The notes below the pieces were generated by a model that was not told the DNA's origin, made no database searches, and was given only the letters and a program-made list of their open reading frames with translations. A stretch of DNA of 64,000 nt from Epiperipatus broadwayi (Eukaryota > Animalia > Onychophora). Position numbers and translations under genes: made by a program. Shown one piece after another: positions 55,801 through 64,000 of this stretch (position 1 is the stretch's first letter; each line of letters begins with the position of its first letter). The stretch lies in the NCBI GenBank assembly GCA_028023455.1, contig JAQFVV010000009.1, positions 15,438,001 to 15,502,000 on the forward strand, read 5' to 3'.

Positions 55801-56775
55801 CTTAATCCTAAAAATAATAATCATTAATGAAATTCTTTAGTGTTATTTGATTTCACACAATAAAAATTATATGTGGAAATATATAATAAGATAGATTCCT
55901 ATCTGTATATTGTACATTAAGCATTGTAATATCTCTAATATTTCATAGTTTATTGAGTAAATAATATTCAATCATTTTACCATATAAATTTACTGGCCAC
56001 TATGCAATATCATTGAAAAAATCATAAAGGTTTTCAATTTTATATAATCTGCTGAAACTTTTTAAATTTTGTTTTGTTATTTTAATGCTCTTCACTAGTT
56101 TGTTTCCCATTATGAATATCTATAAAGTTGGTAATTCTTTAGAGTGGTTTTTTGATCTTCTTCTTTTCAAGTCACTTTGCAATTCTTTCCAATTCTTCTT
56201 CAGCATTATTATTTTTATAATTGGTAATATGCTTCTGAATGCATGCATTATGATTTTTTTTCCAGTTCACTCAGTTAAACATTTAGCCAGCAAATTTCTT
56301 TGCTTCTTTTCATTTAATCTTTTGTATTTCTCAACTTCATTTTGAATTTTTTTCTTCATGTTTAAATAAAATAAAAAATGCTAAATAAATTAAGGTAAAA
56401 ATAACAATAAAATGTAATTACATGAATTTTGCATTAAATTGATTTTAATATTAAAAAATTATTCTTATAATTGACTAAATATAGTGGATTTTACTGTTTT
56501 AAATGGATCCTTGCTGAAGTAGCATAAATAATAATGTAATACATGAATACTTATTGATAATATAATGTTTGCTTTACAAAAAAGTGATACTGAAAAGAAT
56601 CGCAATTAACACAAGCAGTTAAAAACTTTTTCATTTGTATGCACAATTTTCAAGGCAAGATCAGCTGTTCTTATTTGACTGAATTAGTAAGTTCGTAAAT
56701 GCATAATAAAGAATTTTGAATATTCTTCTTCAAGAAGTATAATAACAACTCTTTCTTATTGCATTGCCAAATGTA

Positions 56776-56990
56776 TACCATATAATACTAAATTGTCCAT
56801 GCACTTTACTACTATTACACAATGCTTTATTTACCACCCTTTTTTTACAGTTTAGTAGTTGAGGCTAGGAGATATAAAGTTCTGAAGAGGATTGATGGGG
56901 TAATCAAAACTGTAAACTGTAAAAAAGGGTGGTAAATAAAGCATTGTGTAACAGTAGTAAAGTGCATGGACAATTTAATATTATATGGTA
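56776..56990. mobile_element. Family C fold-back with a minimal hammerhead-like motif (56878-56918, + strand)
   Basis: Near-perfect arms 56776-56854 and 56913-56990. AGTT-CTGAAGA-G-GATTG-ATGGGG-TAATC-AAAA-CTG-TA-AACT; only G12>A breaks the core. Confidence 0.7.
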
Positions 56991-58899
56991 ATTTTAAATA
57001 TTATTTATTATTTAAATTATTTTCTCATGGTCAATAGAAAAATTTTATTAGACGATTAACAAGTATAAAAACTTTTACTATACCACGTTTTTCAATAAAT
57101 GACATTCTAGATGAAGATGGTATATGTATATGTGCCCAAGGCTCACATAATATCTCTTTTTGAAACTGCTAAGTTTTGGGCATTCTTAAAAATTAGAGGT
57201 CCCAAACACAACTTCTTATGCGATGATCCACTACTAATAAAAATGAAGTTTTCTAGAAAATATCACAAATGATTAGATAAAATATAAAAAAATTCTTCAT
57301 AAAATTAAAGGAATCAATAGTAATAAGAAACAAATAAGAAATATAAAAAAATTGAAAAACTTTCAAAATATATATATAGGAAAAATTTTGGACAAATTAT
57401 TAGAAGAAGGATGTTGAAATTTAAAAAGAATTTCTGGAAAATCATAATTAGAACAGATAAAAGAAATTATGATCACAATAGTCAATAGGATTTAAATAAT
57501 AATGAAATGGTAAAAAAAATTGAACAAATGAATTTTAAAAATGTGAATTTAGTTATATTTAAAGACCCACACACAATGTTAAAAAATATAAAGCTAATGT
57601 AGAATGTTATATTGCAAAAAAAAAAAAAAAGAAAGAGAAATTGGTCATTTTGCAAGAGATTGCAAGAAGGCATAAAACTTCAATACTTCCCATCCAAAAT
57701 AAAGCACAGAGGAATAATCGATAACAGAAGAGAATTTTAAATAAATATAGAAGTAGAACAAAGGAAAAGAAGATCAAATTATAATAATTCTAAATAAATA
57801 TTAATACAGAAATTGGAAATGCTTTTAATTGAGAGAGAAAACCTAAAAAATATTTTTTTTCTGATATGATGGAAAAAAATGATTCAAAATAATATTAATA
57901 CAAGATTATCTAAGAATGAGTAGAGAATACCAGTGTATCCACCTCACAATTAGCATTGACCATTAAGTAGATGTGATTTAATCTCATTGGTGCCAAAAGT
58001 AATTGCTCAACAAGCTTTAAGAGATTGATTTGCAATGTGTCACAAGGATGTTCTGCATATCTAGCTAAGTCACATTTTTACTTTGGGTGCTCAGTTTCTA
58101 GAACCTGATATTTGTTATGCTTTAAGTTTGTGATTTCAATATCATTTGTTTTTTTAACTATATATTAACTAAATGTACTAAAAAAAACATTCTAGAATAT
58201 AATCGACTGTTTTTGGCATGGGCAAGTTTTAAAGCAAAAACAATGAATATTTTACATATTTAATTTTTATATAAATGTGGAAATCAGAATAAATTGCAGA
58301 TTAGAAACTAGAACGAATGTTTCCGTATATATATATGGAATAAAATTACAAATAAAAATCAAGTAAGATATCACATGACCTAATTTAACAAGTTTGGTGG
58401 GGGATATTCTGCAAAGCTTGTTAAGAGCTTATTTGTGAGCTCTATATATAATATGTGGAATAATATTGCAAGAGAGAAAAATTTATAGATCTCTATTTAT
58501 ATTTATACACCATTAAAAAACAATTTAGTTGAATAAGCTATAGAATATGCTTAGGACTATCATGTGAGAAAAAAAAAATTTCTTTCTAAGAAATGAGAAA
58601 ATAATAAAGGTAACTCTGAAAAAAAAAAGAGACCAGTAAACAAGAAGCAATGGACGATACAAAGCTGTTTAAAATTCTGTTAAACAAAGATGATGGAATT
58701 GAAAATTTGTCAATAGTATAATCGAAAATAATAGGAATGAAAAATAATTAAAATTAATGAACATAGAGGCCAGGTTGTTTAATTAACAATAATATGGATA
58801 GAATTAACCTACATTTCTTTTTCAAGAATAATTTTGATTATTAAGCATATTTTAATGCCTAGTATTTCAAAATCTCTGCTTATAACAGAATTTAAATCA

Positions 58900-60350
58900 C
58901 TTTTTGCTATATAGAAGCTGATATGTTAGTCATTCTCATTAGTATAATGAGCTCTCTTTTGGTATCTTTAGTTTTTATTGACATTTTCATTAGTTTAGGA
59001 TAGTTTTAATTACTTTTTATTAATGAAATCCAATCATTTTATGATATTAGAGACATTCCCAACTTTACTAACAATCAACACTACTATGGACATATCATAA
59101 ATCTTCATATCATTATTTTCTGAAGGTAATTCATGTCTGCAGTTTTGATTTGATAGCTAAATTCAGATTTTATGTTCCATTTTACTTATTTTGATATATG
59201 GCTACTTGCTTGCTGCACAAATCCATGACACTTTTCTCCTGAAGTAGTTTGTGCACATTACTTCTTTTAATGATTAACTTTCTCCTATGACTTATCACTG
59301 ATTACCAATTTAACACTGGCTATTCCCCACCCACTCTCCTTTCAATTTATGTCCATTATAGGTGCAAACTTGAAAAAATTGCCCCACTACTTAACCACAT
59401 CAAATATACTTTTAAGGTCTTCAGTTAACAAACTTATCACTGATTACCAGTAACTGTTCTTGCAATTTAACACTGGCTATTCTCCACCCACTCTCCTTTC
59501 AATTTATGTCTATTATAGGTGCAAGCTTGAAAAAATTGCTTCGCTACTTAACCACATCAAATATACTTTTAAGGTCTTCAATTAACAAAGTTAGTTTGTA
59601 ATTTCAATTATTTAGGGATCCCTGAATAGGAATAAAGTGGCAACCTTCATAGCATCATCTTTTTTCTATCATCAAAAAAAATATTTATCAATACACTTTC
59701 TATAGATTAGACATTCAGAGAAGTTATTTGGGCTCAATTTGCCAATACCAAACTGAGTGGTTGCCATATTACTAGTGTTCAGTCAATTATTTAAACATAG
59801 GGGTTTGATACTACACTATAGATTAATACTCATGAAAATCAAAATCCTTGGCTTGTTAATTGTGCCAATAAATACATTAAGAATAAGTTCTCAAACTAAT
59901 ATACTAACATGATCTAACTGAGAGAACAAAAGCAAAAAGTGTATATCAAAAAAATTGTGCTACCAGTTGCAATTGGGAGCTAGATAATAATACACCTATT
60001 TTATTATACTTCAGTAAGCACTCAGTAGCTATTATTTTCTTCCAAAACCCATTAGTACTCAGTCTATATATAAAACCAATGGATTTAAAATAAAAAAAAC
60101 AGTAAAATTCACTGACCCATTAATTTCTTGTGGCAATTTTCACAGTGATTTATGCAGAAAGATTGCATTAAATGATATTTTCGTCACTTATTATGTTAGT
60201 GATCATAAATAATCATCATGCTCAGATTATTTTTTCCAGCAATTAACTATCTTCCATATTCATTTACATGCCATACTAATATGGAGTAGAAAAATATATA
60301 AAATACTCATGGGGCTTGATTTCAGATAAACCTTGTACATATATACACAC
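58900..60350 (-). mobile_element. Degenerate LINE RT relic containing a ~142-160 bp tandem duplication (59290-59590)
   Basis: Weak LSP.LFNL..E and YG.W-like remnants on the minus strand; ACTTATCACTGATTACC starts at 59290 and 59432. Confidence 0.4.
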
Positions 60351-61250
60351 ACCAGATACATGAATTTTTATACTAAACACACACTCAAACTTCCGGGGTA
60401 ATTTAATTAAAAAAGAATCATGTGTTCAATATAATTCATGACATTTATTTAATTAAAACAACTGACTCTTTTCCATTTTAATTAAACAGCTGAAATAAAA
60501 ATTTAGCACATCTGCTTGTGCAGTTTCATTATATTTTAGACCACATGATGACGCTAGTGTCTTTACAAATACAAAAACAGCTGCAAAACACTGGCAATTT
60601 AGGAAATGGCAATATTTAAGTGGAAAAAAAAGGGATTCATTTAAAATGAAAAATTAAACCATAAAGTATAATTTATATCTATATTTAATTTATACCTTTT
60701 AAAAAAGGTGATGGAGACATTGGTTACAAAAAAAAAATTTTTTTAAATATTTTCTGAAAAAAATGTTTTTTAATCCAGTGGATTTGAACTGGAATCAGAT
60801 TCCATTAAAATAATTTGAAAAAAAAAACACAATTATTTCATAAAGATTCAAAAAAAAAAGAAAAAAAAAGCACAAGCTATATAATGTGTGTATATGGTTA
60901 TATATTAGTAATGGTTAAAACAGGGATAGTGGAAAACTAGCTATCTCTGGGTTTCCTTTTGTTTTTTGCCAACTAATAAAATAAACATGCCTGGATGAAT
61001 TTACCGAATTGATGAAAAAGTCCTAAATATATTTGTAAAATTTCAGCAATCCAAAAAAGTTCCACATTTCACCTAGATTTGAAATCCATATTATGAATAT
61101 GGCACACTACGAAATGTATTATATTGTAAATATATATTTACACAGACAAAACTCTCCATACAGTAGTATCACTCAGTACAAGCCAGAGTAATTAATGGAT
61201 GCGAGAAGGCTTGTGCATAAAATCACTATCTAGTATCTACTCATTCAATA

Positions 61251-61292
61251 TTCCCAGACTAGTTTCTAGTCTATGATTTTCGTCAGTGAGGA
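61251..61292 (-). ncRNA. Type I hammerhead motif, family B (CTGACGA core, disrupted stem II)
   Basis: TCCTCA-CTGACGA-AAATCATAGACTA-GAAA-CTAG-TC-TGGGAA. Confidence 0.55.
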
Positions 61293-61695
61293 GCCTTGGA
61301 TTTGAGCGTACTGTTCCTAGATATTAGGATCTAATGCAACCTTTCCAGCAGGCACCTTTTATCTCTACTTCACTACAAAACTATGAGAATAAAATTGAAA
61401 ACACAATTAACATTTTTTTGAAAACGCAATATGCTCATTAGCTTATAAATTCAGTATCCATACATTTTGATGTCTTTGGTTCTTTAATAACCATAGCCAC
61501 CACTATCCTATTAGGCAGAATTAGTATTAAACCAGTAAACATCACATGATCACCATTTCTTATGCTTGCTCATAACTGTTATTAAAATAGGCAAAACTCT
61601 CCATATAATAGTGCCACTCAGTGCAAGTCAGAGCAATCAATGGATGCCAGAAGGCTTGTGCATAAAATCCCTATCTAGTGTCTACTCATCCAATA

Positions 61696-61737
61696 TCCCC
61701 AGACTAGTTTCTAGCTTATGACTTTCATCAGTGAGGA
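61696..61737 (-). ncRNA. Type I hammerhead motif, family B, intact
   Basis: TCCTCA-CTGATGA-A-AGT-CATAA-GCT-A-GAAA-CTAG-TC-TGGGGA; outer stem ATCCAA/TTGGAT. Confidence 0.82.
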
Positions 61738-62143
61738 GCCTTGGATCTAAGAGCACTGCACCTAAAGCTTAGGATCTAATGCAACCCTCCAGCAGCTATT
61801 TTTTGTCTCTACTTAACTACAAAACTATAAGAACAATACTGAACACAATATTTTCAATCCAAGCTCATTAGCTTATATAGTCATATAGGTCTGAACTAAA
61901 TTCAGTAGCCATACATTTTGGTGTCTTTGTTTCATTAATAACCAAAGCTACCACTATCCTATAAGACAGGATTGGTATTAAACCACTAAACATCACATGA
62001 TTACCATTTGTTATGTTTGCTTATAACTTATTAAAACAGGCAAACTCTCCAAACAGCCATGCCACTCAGTGCAAGCCAGAGCAATCAATGGATGTCAGAA
62101 GGCTTGTGCATAAAATCCCTATCTAGTGCCTACTCATCCAATA

Positions 62144-62185
62144 TCCCCAGACTAGTTTCTAGCTCGTGGCTTTCATCAGTGAGGA
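62144..62185 (-). ncRNA. Type I hammerhead motif, family B, intact core
   Basis: TCCTCA-CTGATGA-A-AGC-CACGA-GCT-A-GAAA-CTAG-TC-TGGGGA. Confidence 0.82.
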
Positions 62186-62310
62186 GTCTTGAAAATATTG
62201 TTTTTTCAATTTTATTCTCATAGTTTCGTAGTTATGTAGACATAAAAGATGGCTTCTGGAAAGTTGCATTAGATCTTAAGATCTAGGTGCAGTGCTCTCA
62301 GATCCAAGGC

Positions 62311-62352
62311 TATTCACTGACAAAAGCCACAAACTAGAAACTAGTCTGGGGA
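62311..62352 (+). ncRNA. Type I hammerhead motif, family B, decayed
   Basis: TATTCA-CTGACAA-AAGCCACAAACTA-GAAA-CTAG-TC-TGGGGA; G8>A and a stem II mismatch. Confidence 0.5.
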
Positions 62353-62762
62353 TATTGGATGAGTAGGCACTAGATAGGGATTTTATGCACAAGCCTTCTG
62401 GAATCCATTGATTACTCTGGCTTGCATTGAGTGGCACTACTGTATGGAGAGTTTTGCCTATTTTAATAACAGTTATGAGCAAGCATAAGAAATAGAGATC
62501 GTGTGATGTTTAGTGGTATAATACTAATCCTACCTAATAGAATAGTGGTGGCTATGGTTATTAAAATACCAAAGATGCCAAAATGTGTGGGAACTCAACT
62601 GACTTTAGAACATATGACTATATAAGCTCATGAGCTTGGATTGAAAATATTATTGTGTTTTTTTTATTCTCATAGTTTTGTAGTTAAGAAGAGATAAAAG
62701 GTGGCTGCTGGAGGGTTGCATTAGATCCTAAGATCTAGGTGCAGTGCTCTCAGATCCAAGGC

Positions 62763-62804
62763 TCCTCACTGATGAAAGCCTCAAGCTAGAAACAAGTCTG
62801 GGGA
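62763..62804 (+). ncRNA. Type I hammerhead motif, family B
   Basis: TCCTCA-CTGATGA-A-AGC-CTCAA-GCT-A-GAAA-CAAG-TC-TGGGGA; stem III loop is CAAG instead of CTAG. Confidence 0.78.
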
Positions 62805-64000
62805 TATTGGATGAGTAGGCACTAGATAGGAATTTTATGCACAAGCCTTCTGGCATCCATTGATTACTCTGGCTTGCACTGAGTGGTACTACTGTATGGA
62901 AAGTTTTGTCTGTTTTAATAACAGTTATGAGCAAGCATAAGAAATGTTTGTGTGATGTTCAATGGTTTAATATAATATATACACATTATTGTATCATGAT
63001 ATCTTTCAATCAATACACACATATATTGCAATGGATTGGAGGGATCAAGAATGTATAGATGATAATGAATAATAAATATAATTATAAAATTTTTCATAGT
63101 AAAATTATCTAAGCATGTCAATTTTCATGGATTAATTGTGCATTAGGAAATACTAACAAGTTTAAACTATTAAAAATCAATAAGAGACTATATGAAATCT
63201 TAGTTTTAATAAGTTATATAAAAAATTAATATATAAAAATTAACAGAGATCATGGTACAATAAAATATATTTACTTTTGAAAAAAAAGTCTAACCCTTAA
63301 TTATTACACAAATTACTATGACTTTATTAAATATAATGTTTGTTTAATATGCTAATTATTATTTAAGACTAATCAAAGTTGTATGGAACAGCTAATATTT
63401 GTCACTCCTATTTGATCCCATCATGAAAAGAGCTATATGATAATTTTTTCATAAATTTATATTCATTCACACTTTCTATTTTATATCTATCATTAATACT
63501 GGGAAATCATTCATCCATCCATTTCACTTTGTATTCATCTTTAATATTGAATTTACTTTAATTTTTTTTTTTCATTTCATATGTAACACTGGTTAATCAT
63601 TCATCCATTTTATTTTATATTCATACCAAATATTAGATATTAATTTGTCCAATAAACATATTTCAAAATTATATTCTTTATTTGTCTGAGTATATACTGA
63701 TAAACTTGCAAACTCTATGCAATTATATATTATAATGTCATTACTTTTTTAAAATGAAAAAAATAGTTCTCAATTTATTAATAGATGATTGATTTCATTC
63801 AACAAATATCATTTCATCAGAGAGGGTAGTAAGAATTTTGTAATCCCCATAATTAAATAAATATATACAAATAATAATATAAAACTAAACAAATAAACAA
63901 ATATTTTAAATTAGCATTTTTTTCCCTTAATGAAATTACTAAATTTCTTTTTAAGATTTCATATAGCCTTTCAATTTGGAGTCAAATTTAAAATAAAGAC

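Larger units (their letters stand above)
61141..62975. mobile_element. Family B fold-back multimer, locus 4: ~2.3 inverted plus ~1.7 direct monomers of 445-452 bp
   Basis: CAAAACTCTCCA anchors at 61147, 61592 and 62041; inversion near 62189-62191 (TTG microhomology); five hammerhead positions. Confidence 0.9.

Noticed and set aside
62276-62934. Recurrent 68-aa antisense ORF in family B (also 40036-40221)
   Set aside because: Begins at TTG, has a stop in the 61570-61720 copy, and overlaps structurally constrained stems; no protein family recognised.
333-63121. Remaining 60-147 aa ORFs in the supplied track
   Set aside because: Low-complexity F/L/I/K/N-rich translations typical of AT-rich non-coding DNA or antisense to TE relics; no recognisable domains.

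Overview
Very AT-rich, visibly CpG-depleted eukaryotic DNA, most likely an invertebrate animal; the species cannot be assigned from sequence alone. No host protein-coding gene, rRNA or CRISPR array can be supported. The background is decayed retroelements: RTE-clade LINEs, an L1/Tx1-like LINE, other LINE RT relics, a Gypsy RNaseH-integrase relic and a tRNA-Gly-derived SINE. The outstanding feature is about 17 type I hammerhead ribozyme (HHR) motifs in three families. Family A is a young 2.8 kb insertion (22011-24833) of six 471-bp monomers, three inverted then three direct, with one complete HHR per monomer and a 10-11 bp target-site duplication. Family B has ~450-bp monomers with a different HHR at four loci, all fold-backs. 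Family C consists of three decayed minimal HHR-like motifs, two inside short fold-backs. All seven fold-back loci have the same polarity, with the ribozyme sense strand pointing outward from the centre, which fits a twin-priming / Penelope-type inverted integration of retrozyme-like RNAs. Retrozymes and Penelope-associated HHRs are known classes; whether these particular families are described, and whether the ribozymes cleave, could not be tested here.
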